Positions 39,573 to 49,109 are shown, counted from the stretch's first letter. The stretch: 64,000 nucleotides of DNA from a bacterium UBP1_UBA4783 (GCA_002403075.1 DHHB01000007.1:2339-66338), one strand, 5' to 3'. The notes: a model not told the origin generated them from the letters alone. Numbers and translations: made by a program.

Positions 39573-41981
39573 ATGAAACGCGCCATCGCCTTTCTTGTCT
39601 TGTTCATCTCTATCGAGCTCCTCGCCGCTGTGACGGCCGCCGCGACCGTGAGGGTCGTCTATCGCTTCGCCGAGCCGTCGATCGAAGCGCTCGACGGAGG
39701 TTTCTCGCGCGTCGTCTTCGAGGGCGCCGCGCAGGCGGGAAGGCCCGGAGAGCCGACGTATCCCTTCCGCGGCGCGAAGATCCTTCTTCCTCCGGGCCAC
39801 GCCGTCTCGAGCGCGCGGATCTTCCGAAAGGACTGGACGAGGGTCGCGGGCGCTCACAGGCTCTTCCCGGCGCAGCTCCCCGTTTCCGGCATCGGTCTCG
39901 AGGCGGGAGGCCGGCGCTTTCTCCGCCGCGCGGAGGCCTACGCGGTCGACCGTTGGGTGCGGCCTCCCGACGGCCCGTTCAGAACACGTTACCTCCGCGG
40001 CCACGCGATCGCATCCGGCGCCGTGAGCCCGGTCGAATACCGCCCGGCTTCGAACGAGGTCGGATACTACCGGACGGTTGAGGTCGAGATCGAAACCTCG
40101 CCCGCCGCCGAGGCCCGCGACGCGCTCGCGCTGCTCCGCGCGGACGGCGAGACCGTTCGCCGCCTCTCCCGCGTCGTCGACAATCCTGACGCGATCGCCT
40201 CGTACGGGCCGCCCGCGGCGCCCCTTCGCGATCCCGAGAACGAGTTCGAATACCTCGTCGTCACGGGCGAGCAGTTCGCCGACGCCTTCGAGCCGTTCCG
40301 CGCCTTCTACACGAGGCGCGGCATGCGCACCGTCGTCATGACGGTCGAAGAGATCTACGCCGCGTACGGCGGCCTCGATGAGGCGGAGAAGATCCGGAAC
40401 TGCATCAAGGCCACATATACGCAGAACGGCGTCACTCACGTTCTGCTCGCGGGCGACTGGGACGGCGCCGCGGGGAACGCCCGGATCGTGCCGTTCCGCG
40501 GGCTCTGCGGCGAGGTTCACTCGTCGGAGATCTACGTCGACGAGGGCATGCCGGCGGATCTCTACTTCGCCGCGCTCGACGGCTCGTGGAACTCGGACGG
40601 AGACGCTCTCTGGGGCGAGATCGGCGAAGAGGATTCCTACGCCGAGGTCGCCGTCGGACGCGCGCCGATCGACACGCCGGAGAAGGCCGCCGCCTTCGTC
40701 GCCAAGACGATCGCGTATCAGGAATCCCCCGTCCTTTCCGAGGCGAGGAGCGCTCTCCTCCTCGGCGAGAAGCTCTGGAACGATCCCCTCACGTACGGAG
40801 ACGACGAGGTGGAGCTCCTCGTCGGCACCCGCTCCGACAACGGCTTCACGACGACCGGCGTCCCGCCGGACTTCTCGATCGTGCGCACATACGACAGGAG
40901 CGCCGTCTGGACGAAGGCCGAAGCGATCGCCGAGATCAACGCCGGCGTGAACTGGCTCGCCCACGCGGGGCACTCGAACCACTCCTACGTCATGCGCATG
41001 AGCCGGAGCGACGTCACCGACGCCGTCTTCACGAACGACGGCGCCGCTTCCGGATTCCCGATCGTCCTCTCGACCGGATGCTACGCGGGCGCCTTCGACA
41101 ACCGGAGCGCGAGCGGCTACTACGATACGGTCGACTGCATCGGGGAGCTTTTCGTCACTATCGCCCACTGCGCCGCCGCCTTCGTCTGCAACTCGCGCTA
41201 CGGCTGGTTCACCGAGGGGACGACGGCGGGGCCCTCGATCCATTTCATGCGCGAGTTCCTCGACGCGGCCTTCAGCGAGGGATATACGACCCTTGGCGAG
41301 GCACACGCACGATCGAAGGACGAAACGGTTCCCTTCCTCGACCTTCCGGACGAGTGGGAGCCCGGCGCCGTTCGCTGGTGCTTCTACGAGAGCAACCTCC
41401 TCGGAGATCCCGCCCTCGACGCGTGGACGGATACGCCTCAGCCGATCGCCGCTTCATACGCGCCCTCGATCGACCGCAACGATACGCTGTTCTCCGTCGA
41501 CGCCGGCGCGCCGGGGGCCGTCGCCTGCCTTTCGCGCGACGGCGCCTGGTACGGACGCGGCGTCGCCGACGAAACCGGAAACGTCGCCGTCGCGAGAAGC
41601 CGCGCCCTGCCCGATTCGCTGACGTGGCTCGAGCTCTGCGTCACGGCGCACAACGGACTCGTGCTCCGCGACACGATCGAGGTCGTCGAGACGGCGGAAA
41701 TCGCGGCCTCCGTCCCGGCTGTCCGTCTCGAGCAGAACTTCCCCAACCCGTTCAATCCGTCGACGGTCATCCGCTTCTTCCTGCCCCGGGACGGCGACGT
41801 CGAGCTCGCCGTCTTCGACGCGTCGGGACGCCTCGTCGAGCGGCTCGCGGGCGGACGCATGGGCCGCGGTCTCCACTCGATCGCCTGGGCCCCCGCCGGA
41901 CGAACCGCGAGCGGGGTATATTTCTATTCTCTTTCCTATCAAGGCGTTACTCTCGTTCGGAAGGCGATCGTCCTGCGGTGA
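39573..41981 (+). CDS. Secreted gingipain-like cysteine peptidase (C25 family) with a T9SS-type C-terminal domain.
   Basis: A signal peptide. The catalytic His/Cys contexts are NWLAHAGHSNHS and VLSTGCYAGAFD. The C-terminal sorting domain is EQNFPNPFNPSTVIRFFLPRDGDVELAVFDASGRLVERL...SGVYFYSL...AIVLR. Confidence 0.75.
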   Translation: MKRAIAFLVLFISIELLAAVTAAATVRVVYRFAEPSIEALDGGFSRVVFEGAAQAGRPGEPTYPFRGAKILLPPGHAVSSARIFRKDWTRVAGAHRLFPAQLPVSGIGLEAGGRRFLRRAEAYAVDRWVRPPDGPFRTRYLRGHAIASGAVSPVEYRPASNEVGYYRTVEVEIETSPAAEARDALALLRADGETVRRLSRVVDNPDAIASYGPPAAPLRDPENEFEYLVVTGEQFADAFEPFRAFYTRRGMRTVVMTVEEIYAAYGGLDEAEKIRNCIKATYTQNGVTHVLLAGDWDGAAGNARIVPFRGLCGEVHSSEIYVDEGMPADLYFAALDGSWNSDGDALWGEIGEEDSYAEVAVGRAPIDTPEKAAAFVAKTIAYQESPVLSEARSALLLGEKLWNDPLTYGDDEVELLVGTRSDNGFTTTGVPPDFSIVRTYDRSAVWTKAEAIAEINAGVNWLAHAGHSNHSYVMRMSRSDVTDAVFTNDGAASGFPIVLSTGCYAGAFDNRSASGYYDTVDCIGELFVTIAHCAAAFVCNSRYGWFTEGTTAGPSIHFMREFLDAAFSEGYTTLGEAHARSKDETVPFLDLPDEWEPGAVRWCFYESNLLGDPALDAWTDTPQPIAASYAPSIDRNDTLFSVDAGAPGAVACLSRDGAWYGRGVADETGNVAVARSRALPDSLTWLELCVTAHNGLVLRDTIEVVETAEIAASVPAVRLEQNFPNPFNPSTVIRFFLPRDGDVELAVFDASGRLVERLAGGRMGRGLHSIAWAPAGRTASGVYFYSLSYQGVTLVRKAIVLR

Positions 41982-42093
41982 CGGCCGCACGGCCGTTCCC
42001 TCCCCGCGTGCCCGGAATACGATGAAACACAATGGTCTCGCCTTCCGTTTATAGTACATGGTACGGGCGGGGTGCCGTCCCGGAGCTTGTGGC

Positions 42094-44724
42094 ATGAAAG
42101 GCGGAGCGATGAAGGCGCGAACGATGTATCGGTGCGTGACGGCGCTCGCCGCGGCGTGCATATTCCCGGGCGCGGCCCTCGGTGGATCCTCGGCGCGGGA
42201 CTCGATCCCGGCCGCCGTCAAGACGCGGCCGCCCGTGAAGGCCGTTCGAGCGACGAACGGAGGAATCCGCGTCGACGGCGTCCTCGACGAGCAGGACTGG
42301 GCTGCGGCGGCGCCCGTCGAGGGCTTCGTGCAGCATGAACCTTACGACGGCCGGCCGGCGTCCGAGAGAACGACGGTCCGGGCGGTTTACGACGACCGCT
42401 GCATCTACATAGGCGTCAAGGCGTACGATTCGGAGCCCGGCAAGATCGTCGGCCATCTGACGCGCCGGGACGGAGACTCCCCCTCCGATTGGATCTACAT
42501 CGGATTCGACAGCTACAACGACAAGCGCTCGGCCTTCCTGTTCGGGGTGAACGCCGCCGGCACGAAGCAGGACATCTTCTTTTTCAACGACACCGAGGAG
42601 GACGGCAACTGGGACGCCGTCTGGGACGTCGGGACGCGCGTCGACGAGGACGGATGGACGGCGGAGTTCGCCGTTCCCTGGAGCCAGCTTCGCTTCGCGA
42701 ACAACTGCGACACTCATTCGTGGGGCTTTCAGGCGGCCCGCCAGATCTGCCGCCGCGACGAGCTCTCGTTCCTCTACCCCGTTCCCAAGAGCGCGAACCA
42801 GCTCGTGTCGCTGTTCGGCAGGATCGAGGGGATCGAGCGCATCCCGTCTCCGAGCAGGCTCGAGCTTCTCCCCTATGCGGTCGGGAGCGTCGACGCGTAC
42901 GGCGACTCTGACGGCGATCCCTTCCGCGCCGATGCGAACCCGGGCGGCCGGATCGGAACCGATCTCAAGTATCGGCTCACGACCGACGTCACTCTCGACA
43001 TGACGATCAACCCCGACTTCGGCCAGGTCGAGCAGGATCCCTCGGAGTTCAACCTCACCGCGTACGAATCGTATTTCGAGGAGAAACGTCCCTTCTTCAT
43101 GGAGGGAGCCAATATTTTCCGGTACCGTCTCATGTTCGGCGACAGCGATTCGGAGCGGCTTTTCTACTCGCGGCGCATCGGCCGCGCGCCGCAGTTCTCG
43201 GCGCTCGATTCGCGGCGTTTCATCGATACGGAAGGGCTCTATGAAGACTCTCCGCGGTTCGCGACGATCCTCGGAGCGGCGAAGATCACGGGCAAGACCT
43301 CGAACGGGATCTCGATCGGCGTCCTCGAAGCCGTCACCGACAAGGAGAACGCCGCGGTCGAGCTCCCGGACGGCGAGCGTGTCGGCGTCGCCGTCGAGCC
43401 GATGACGAACTACCTTCTCGCGCGCGCCCAGAAGGATCTCAACGACGGCCGGAGCACGATCGGCGCGATCGTCACGAGCGTCGTCCGCGACCTCTCGAGC
43501 CCCGATCTCCGGACGCTCAACCGCGCCGCTCTCACGGGCGGAATCGATTTCTCCCACCGCTGGCGCAACGACGAGTACGCCGTGAACGGACGCATCCTCG
43601 GAAGCCGGATCGAGGGGAGCGCCGAGGCGATCAGCGAGGCGCAGACCTCTTCCGCCCGCTACTTCCAGCGTCCGGACGCCGATTACGTCGAGTACGACCC
43701 CGCGCGCACATCCCTCGGGGGGTACGCGGCCGTCGTGGACGGCGGGCGCTACGGCGGCAAGCGCTGGAACTTCCTCCTCGGCCTCATGTCGCGCTCGCCC
43801 GGATTCGAGGTGAACGATCTCGGATACATGCAGGAGGCCGACGAGGTGCTCGGCGTCGCGTGGACGGGGTATCGCCTTCCTCAGCCGTGGAAAGCGCTGA
43901 GAAGCCTGAGCCTCAACTGGAACCTCTATCGCGCCTACAACTACGGCGGCGAGATGATCACGTTCGGAGGCAACATGAACGGTTCGTTCAGCCTCACGAA
44001 CAACTGGGGCGGCTACGCCGGCGTCGAGCGAAGCGGCGAGCACCTCGGAATGAGCGTCACGCGCGGCGGGCCGCTCGTTCTCGTTCCCGGAGGCTGGAAT
44101 TCGTGGTTCGGCGCCTACACCAACGACCGCAGGGCGGTCCGGATCGGCTGCGACGGGGGTCTCAGCCGGAACGACGAGAGTTTCGGCGGATGGTACGCCG
44201 AGCCGTACGTGACGATCCGCCCGTCGGGGCGCTTCGAATTGCGGATCGGCGCCTCGTACTCGACCCGCGAATACGACACGCAGTATATCGACGAGATCGG
44301 AGGAAGCTACGTCGTCGGGCATCTCGACATGGAGGTCATGAGCGTCACGACGCGGCTCAACTACACCCTCACTCCCGAGATGAGCCTCCAGTTCTACGGC
44401 ATGCCGTTCGTCGCCGCCGGGCGCTACGGCGGCTTCCGCGAGGTCGTTTCGCCGCGCGCCGGATCGTACGAGGACCGGTTCGCCCCGTACGACTATCTCG
44501 CGGACGCGGACAGCCCCGATTTCAACTTCAAGGAGATGCGGTCGAATCTCGTGTACCGCTGGGAATGGAGCCCGGGATCGGCGCTCTATCTCGTCTGGTC
44601 GCGCGGCGCGACCGATTTCGAGGAGCGCGGGGAGTTCGCGGCGGGAAGGGACTTCGACCGGCTCCTGTCCGCCGCGGGCGACAACACCTTCATGGTCAAG
44701 ATCAGCAAGTGGTTCAGCATCTGA
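42094..44724 (+). CDS. Large secreted or outer-membrane protein with an N-terminal CBM9/DOMON-like domain (DUF5916-type).
   Basis: A signal peptide. The sequence IRVDGVLDEQDWAAAAPVEGFVQHEPYDGRPASERTTVRAVYDDRCIYIGVKAYD...WSQLRF matches the CBM9-like N-terminus of DUF5916 proteins. The rest is long and beta-rich. Family assignment is from memory. Confidence 0.5.
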   Translation: MKGGAMKARTMYRCVTALAAACIFPGAALGGSSARDSIPAAVKTRPPVKAVRATNGGIRVDGVLDEQDWAAAAPVEGFVQHEPYDGRPASERTTVRAVYDDRCIYIGVKAYDSEPGKIVGHLTRRDGDSPSDWIYIGFDSYNDKRSAFLFGVNAAGTKQDIFFFNDTEEDGNWDAVWDVGTRVDEDGWTAEFAVPWSQLRFANNCDTHSWGFQAARQICRRDELSFLYPVPKSANQLVSLFGRIEGIERIPSPSRLELLPYAVGSVDAYGDSDGDPFRADANPGGRIGTDLKYRLTTDVTLDMTINPDFGQVEQDPSEFNLTAYESYFEEKRPFFMEGANIFRYRLMFGDSDSERLFYSRRIGRAPQFSALDSRRFIDTEGLYEDSPRFATILGAAKITGKTSNGISIGVLEAVTDKENAAVELPDGERVGVAVEPMTNYLLARAQKDLNDGRSTIGAIVTSVVRDLSSPDLRTLNRAALTGGIDFSHRWRNDEYAVNGRILGSRIEGSAEAISEAQTSSARYFQRPDADYVEYDPARTSLGGYAAVVDGGRYGGKRWNFLLGLMSRSPGFEVNDLGYMQEADEVLGVAWTGYRLPQPWKALRSLSLNWNLYRAYNYGGEMITFGGNMNGSFSLTNNWGGYAGVERSGEHLGMSVTRGGPLVLVPGGWNSWFGAYTNDRRAVRIGCDGGLSRNDESFGGWYAEPYVTIRPSGRFELRIGASYSTREYDTQYIDEIGGSYVVGHLDMEVMSVTTRLNYTLTPEMSLQFYGMPFVAAGRYGGFREVVSPRAGSYEDRFAPYDYLADADSPDFNFKEMRSNLVYRWEWSPGSALYLVWSRGATDFEERGEFAAGRDFDRLLSAAGDNTFMVKISKWFSI

Positions 44725-44774
44725 CGAGCCGGCGGCGCGAGGCGGCCGCCGGCCTCGCGCGCCGCGGGATCGCC

Positions 44775-45911
44775 TCAACCCGATCGCGCCGGGGCGGCTC
44801 CAGCGCCGTGGCCGCAATCTTGGACCTCGTTGTCGAATACATCTATCCGTGTAGACTCCGATCCGTCCGGGCAGCCGCCGTACGGGTTTGATTGCGGTCT
44901 GAGATCCTTGAACATGCGGGGCTTTCGGCAGTCCCAGCTTCCCAGCGCGAGGTTGTGGTGCAATCTGTTCCCGACCGACGGGCATTCCGCGAAGGCGCCG
45001 CCGGGGGTGCAGAGAGGGTGCCGGTACCACATCGAACAGAACGCGTTCCATCCGGTTCTGACCGATCGATTGTGGTGGATTTCGTTATCGTTCGATTCAT
45101 CCCGTATTCTGACCCCGTCCCCCTTGATGTTTTCGAACGTGCAACTCCGCACGACGTTGCCGCTGCTGTGGTGCGCCATATAAACGCATACGATCGCGAG
45201 AGCTTCCGTCGAGCCGTTTCCTTCCTCCGAGGACCGGTACGGCCGGTCGTTCGCGTTTCCGCAATTTGAAAAAGCGCACCGCTCGATGACGTTGTTTCTG
45301 GAGTTCACGAGATCCAACACGCCGTAGCACATCCCTTTTTCGGGATTATTCTGGTTTCCGATATCGTGAAAGACGCAATCCTCGACGCTGTTGTTCGCGT
45401 TGTATCGACCGGCTTCTTTTTCGTCGCCGACGAGCCATATGGCCCCCCTCGCGTAGTCTCCGATCGACAATCTCCTGAAGTGCAGGTTGGTCGCCCCGGA
45501 GGAAGCGTTTTCGAATGTGAAGAATACCGCGTCCGTCTCGCGGCCGGTGAAACACGCGAAAACGCTGTCCGGATACGGCTCGAAGAATACGTTCGCGCCG
45601 CGGCTGCAGTACTCCCAGCGCACGGTCTGGTTTTCGTACGGGCCGATATCGCTCCGTATCTTGACCGTTACGTCGGCTCGCGGCAGAACGGTCGAGAGCA
45701 GGGCATGCACTCCTTGCAGGGATCGGAGAGGAGCATCCATCGTTCCCGGGTTGCCGTCGTCGCCCGCGGGGGACATATGCACACAATAGACCGAAGACGC
45801 GGCCGCGGTGTCTCCAGAAGCGGACGGGGCGGCTCCATTGCGGCGAGGTTCGCTCCCGCCGCACCCCGTGAACGCGCAGGCGATGAGGATAACGCACAAT
45901 CTCATGTTCAT
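44775..45911 (-). CDS. Right-handed beta-helix lipoprotein, paralog of 38132..39439, translationally coupled to the upstream GT4 gene.
   Basis: MNMRLCVILIACAFTGCGG contains the lipobox. Beta-helix rungs are NSVEDCVFHDIGN, NSRNNVIERCAFSNCGN and NVVRSCTFENIKGD. An ATGA overlap joins it to the GT4 stop. Confidence 0.65.
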   Translation of the reverse strand: MNMRLCVILIACAFTGCGGSEPRRNGAAPSASGDTAAASSVYCVHMSPAGDDGNPGTMDAPLRSLQGVHALLSTVLPRADVTVKIRSDIGPYENQTVRWEYCSRGANVFFEPYPDSVFACFTGRETDAVFFTFENASSGATNLHFRRLSIGDYARGAIWLVGDEKEAGRYNANNSVEDCVFHDIGNQNNPEKGMCYGVLDLVNSRNNVIERCAFSNCGNANDRPYRSSEEGNGSTEALAIVCVYMAHHSSGNVVRSCTFENIKGDGVRIRDESNDNEIHHNRSVRTGWNAFCSMWYRHPLCTPGGAFAECPSVGNRLHHNLALGSWDCRKPRMFKDLRPQSNPYGGCPDGSESTRIDVFDNEVQDCGHGAGAAPARSG

Positions 45912-47053
45912 GGTCGGCACGTGCTGGAGCGGCGCCCTCGCCGCCGGCGCGAGGCGGCGGCCGCCACGGCCGGAACGAGCATCCTCCCGACGACCTCCTC
46001 CTCCGAGAAGGAACGCACGAACTCCGAAGCCTTCCGGCACATGGTCTCGTACCGTCCGGGGGCGGCGCGAAGCGCGTCGAGCGCTCCGATAATCTCGGAC
46101 GGCGAATGAACGGAAACGAGCAGTCCCGTCTCTCCGTCGATGACGATTTCGGGGATCGACCGCCAGCGCGTCGCGACGACGGGGATCCCCGCCGCGTACG
46201 CCTCGAGAATGACCGCCGGATACCCCTCGCTCGGATGGAAGGTCGGCAAAAGGAGCACGTCGTATTCGCGGGCCGCCCGGATCACGCTCCCCGGCTCCAC
46301 GACGCCCCGGTATCGAAGGTTCGGGTGCCCCGAGATCGCTTCGTGGAAGGCCCGCCGGTCGCGCTCGGCGAAGGGACCGTAGAAGTCGCACGAGAAGGCC
46401 TCGCGGGCGCCGATCGCCTCGACGATCTCGAATATCCCCTTCTCGCGCTTCATCTGCCCGAAGAAGACGCATTTCCCGGAGAAGCGCCGGCCGGGGCTCG
46501 CCGCGGCGGCGACGCCGGAGGGGATATAGTTCGGCAGAAGCGCCACCCGGCCGGCGGGCAGGCCGGCGCCGGCGACGAGCTCGCGCTCGAGCGCCTTCGT
46601 CTCGGCGAACACGCAGTCGACCCCGCGCAGCAGCTCGACCGCAAAGCGCCGCCACGGAGAGGAGAGTCGCGCGAGTCGCTCGGCGAGATACCCCCCGAAT
46701 ACCTTGACGAAGAGCGGCCGCCGCGCGACCCGGCAGCACAGCATGATCCCGAGCCCGGCCGTGACGACGAAGCGGTTGTTGCACCACAGCAGGACGACGT
46801 CGCTCCGGCGGAGCTTCGAGGCGACGAGCGCCACGATCCTCGCTCCCCGGAGCAGATCTCCCGGGCCGAGACGCTCGTCCGGCAGACGGACGCGGTCGCC
46901 GGCGGAGGTGTCGACGCGATCGAGGACGATCCCGCCCTCGCTCCAGAAGCGGCTCCGGGACAGGTTGGCGGTGAGAACGGTGTCTCCTCCGACGGGCGGC
47001 GGAAAGGGGCCGATGAGAAGGGCGCGCGTATGGGCCGTGTGCTCGTTCGACAT
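45908..47053 (-). CDS. GT4-family glycosyltransferase.
   Basis: The GT-B C-terminal domain carries the EGYPAVILEAYAAGIPVVAT (E-x7-E) motif. It is 381 aa long. Confidence 0.8.
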   Translation of the reverse strand: MSNEHTAHTRALLIGPFPPPVGGDTVLTANLSRSRFWSEGGIVLDRVDTSAGDRVRLPDERLGPGDLLRGARIVALVASKLRRSDVVLLWCNNRFVVTAGLGIMLCCRVARRPLFVKVFGGYLAERLARLSSPWRRFAVELLRGVDCVFAETKALERELVAGAGLPAGRVALLPNYIPSGVAAAASPGRRFSGKCVFFGQMKREKGIFEIVEAIGAREAFSCDFYGPFAERDRRAFHEAISGHPNLRYRGVVEPGSVIRAAREYDVLLLPTFHPSEGYPAVILEAYAAGIPVVATRWRSIPEIVIDGETGLLVSVHSPSEIIGALDALRAAPGRYETMCRKASEFVRSFSEEEVVGRMLVPAVAAAASRRRRGRRSSTCRP

Positions 47054-47121
47054 CGATTCATGATATTGACATATCCGCGGCTGCGGTTCTACAAGTATAA
47101 CGTCTGTTTCGCGCCGCGATT

Positions 47122-47157
47122 ATGAAAAGAGCCGGATGCCCGTCGGACATCCGGCTC
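47122..47157 (-). terminator. Hairpin terminator downstream of secreted-protein paralog A.
   Basis: GAGCCGGATGCCCG / CGGACATCCGGCTC is an inverted repeat (14-bp arms, one mismatch). On the minus strand it is followed by TCTTTTCAT. It sits 30 nt after the stop at 47187. Confidence 0.6.
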
Positions 47158-47186
47158 TCGCTATGCGGGAAACGTTTCGCTCGAGA

Positions 47187-47747
47187 TTAGAACAGGGACT
47201 TTATCGCGCCCCAGCTCGATTCCTCGGTGGCGATCATTTCCGGGCAGATGATCGACGTCAAACCGATCACCTCGATGAGGTTCATGTCGGGATAGCACGA
47301 CTGACGCGGCAAAGCGGCGCCGCTGCGCGGATCGGCGACGATTCTGAGCGGTGCGTTGACCGTCATGCCGCCGTACCAGAGGCATGCGCCCTCCGGAAGG
47401 GTCATGAGCTGCACCGTCGCAAGCAGGTTATAGCCGGGATCGAAGCCGTTGAGCGGCGGGAAGTACGTCGCGGCGAGACCGTTGATCGGGTCGCCGAGCG
47501 TGAGCGAGCCCTCGGGCACCGACCAGCCGGTCATGACGACGCCCGCGGGAAGCTGAACCGCGAACTCGATTCCGGAGGTGAAGCAGTTGAGCGCATGTCC
47601 GTAGATGTAAGCCGTCATCGGCTCGAACGGCTGCGGCGAGTAGTACATCTGATTCGGCGTGTAGGTGAAGTATGCGCCGATCGTCGGGGCGCCGACCACG
47701 AAGGCGGGAACGAGAAGAAGCAACGCTGCGATGACAAATGGACGCAT
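47187..47747 (-). CDS. Secreted 186-aa protein of unknown function (paralog A).
   Basis: Signal peptide MRPFVIAALLLLVPAFVVGA. The mature part carries conserved Cys residues (NCFTSG, EGACLWYGG, QSCYP, IICPEM). RBS AAAGGAG. It is about 85-90% identical to paralog B. Confidence 0.7.
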   Translation of the reverse strand: MRPFVIAALLLLVPAFVVGAPTIGAYFTYTPNQMYYSPQPFEPMTAYIYGHALNCFTSGIEFAVQLPAGVVMTGWSVPEGSLTLGDPINGLAATYFPPLNGFDPGYNLLATVQLMTLPEGACLWYGGMTVNAPLRIVADPRSGAALPRQSCYPDMNLIEVIGLTSIICPEMIATEESSWGAIKSLF

Positions 47748-48025
47748 GACCTGCTCCTTTCAAACGAGACTCATGCTGCCGGGCTGATTGACAAATCCAA
47801 AAGCTGCAAAAGCCGATGCAAGAAGTCGAGTCTTGTATCTCTTATCTCTTCCCTCGCTCACCTCCTCTTTGACAATCGCGACCTGTTTCAAAAATATGCT
47901 CAACTCAGGCTGACAAATCGGCCTTAGGTCCAGTATACCACAGATCGAAACGCAGTTAAAGGGAATTCTCCCTCACTATTTCCCCTCGGCGTGCGGCCCC
48001 CTCCCCCGACACGGACACCACCCCA

Positions 48026-48064
48026 CGAAAAAGGAGCCGGATACCCGATCGGGCATCCGGCTCC
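48026..48064 (-). terminator. Hairpin terminator downstream of secreted-protein paralog B.
   Basis: GGAGCCGGATACCCGA / TCGGGCATCCGGCTCC (16-bp arms, one mismatch), followed on the minus strand by TTTTTCGTG. Confidence 0.65.
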
Positions 48065-48093
48065 TTGCTAGCGATAAACGACCCCGCGAAGCG

Positions 48094-48654
48094 TCAGTAC
48101 AGAGACTTGATCGCTCCCCAGCTCGTTTCTTCAGTGGCAATCTGGCACGGACAGATCGCAGAGGTGAGCCCCACGACGTCGACGAGGTACATCTCGGGGT
48201 AGCACGACTGCCGTGGCATCGCGGCGCCGCTGCGCGGGTCGGCGACGATCCGAAGCGGAGCGTCGATCAAGGTGCCGCCGAACCAGCAGCATGCGCCCTC
48301 CGGAAGGGTCATGAGCTGTACCGTCGCAAGCAGGTTATACCCCGGCTCGAAGCCGTTGAGCGGCGGGAAGTACGTCGCGGCGAGACCGCCGATCGGATCG
48401 CCGAGCGTAAGCGATCCCTCGGGCACCGACCAGCCGGTCATGACGATGCCGGGGGGAAGCTGAACCGCGAACTCGATTCCGGAGGTGAAGCAGTTGAGCG
48501 CATGTCCGTAGATGTAAGCCGTCATCGGCTCGAACGGCTGCGGCGAGTAGTACATCTGATTGGGCGTGTAGGTGAAGTACGCGCCGATCGTCTGTCCGCC
48601 GAAAAGAACGGCCGGAACGAGAAGAAGCAGGGCTGCGATAGCGATGGAACGCAT
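48094..48654 (-). CDS. Secreted 186-aa protein of unknown function (paralog B).
   Basis: Signal peptide MRSIAIAALLLLVPAVLFGG. It has the same length and Cys pattern as paralog A. RBS AAAGGAG. Confidence 0.7.
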   Translation of the reverse strand: MRSIAIAALLLLVPAVLFGGQTIGAYFTYTPNQMYYSPQPFEPMTAYIYGHALNCFTSGIEFAVQLPPGIVMTGWSVPEGSLTLGDPIGGLAATYFPPLNGFEPGYNLLATVQLMTLPEGACCWFGGTLIDAPLRIVADPRSGAAMPRQSCYPEMYLVDVVGLTSAICPCQIATEETSWGAIKSLY

Positions 48655-48959
48655 GATTCACTCCTTTCCAACGGGACTCGAGCTGCCGAGCTGATTGACA
48701 AATCAAAAGCTGCAACGCTGATGCAAGGGGACGAGCCTTGTACCGATAGCCTTTATTTTCACCTCCTGTAGGATTTGCACCCCATTAATACATTGATAAA
48801 GAGAGCCGATAAAAACTCACTCGCGATCATTGTATCACAAGCGGAAAATTATTTCAATTACATTGTTGCATTATGTTTATTTTTAAGCGATTGCGTCGAT
48901 TTCATCCATTTTAAAAGAATGCTCCGAAAAACCCGCTTAACTACCTAGTTTCTGCTCGC

Positions 48960-49010
48960 ATCGGATCGCGACGCATGGGAAGGCTCCGGTATGCGATTAT
49001 CGGATCGCGA
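48960..49010 (+). repeat. Two identical 12-bp direct repeats (ATCGGATCGCGA) 39 bp apart in the AT-rich region upstream of the sigma54 promoter; candidate activator-binding (UAS) elements.
   Basis: The copies are at 48960-48971 and 48999-49010, about 105-160 bp upstream of the -24/-12 promoter. That is the usual distance range for enhancer-binding-protein sites. Confidence 0.35.
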
Positions 49011-49109
49011 GTGTCGAGTTTTATTACACATTCGATTTCGGGGAATATTCCGCGCCGCTTCAATATTTATAACGATATGCTAATTAACCGGTTACGCATG
49101 AGCCGGTGA

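Noticed and set aside
42049-45051. 1000-aa minus-strand ORF opposite the DUF5916-like gene. Similar cases are 53828..57565 (1245 aa) opposite the PrsK/PrsR-like genes, 49067..51112 opposite the exosortase, and 62675..63973 opposite the beta-propeller gene.
   Set aside because: Their composition (R/G/A/D/E runs) and lack of any domain signature mark them as GC-driven artefacts. The opposite strand carries well-supported genes.
47760-47830. sigma54 -24/-12 promoter upstream of the tandem secreted-protein genes.
   Set aside because: The conserved leader contains TTGG and TTGCA-like pieces, but the GG-to-GC spacing is 12 rather than 10 and the consensus match is poor. I report only the conserved sequence, not a promoter call.
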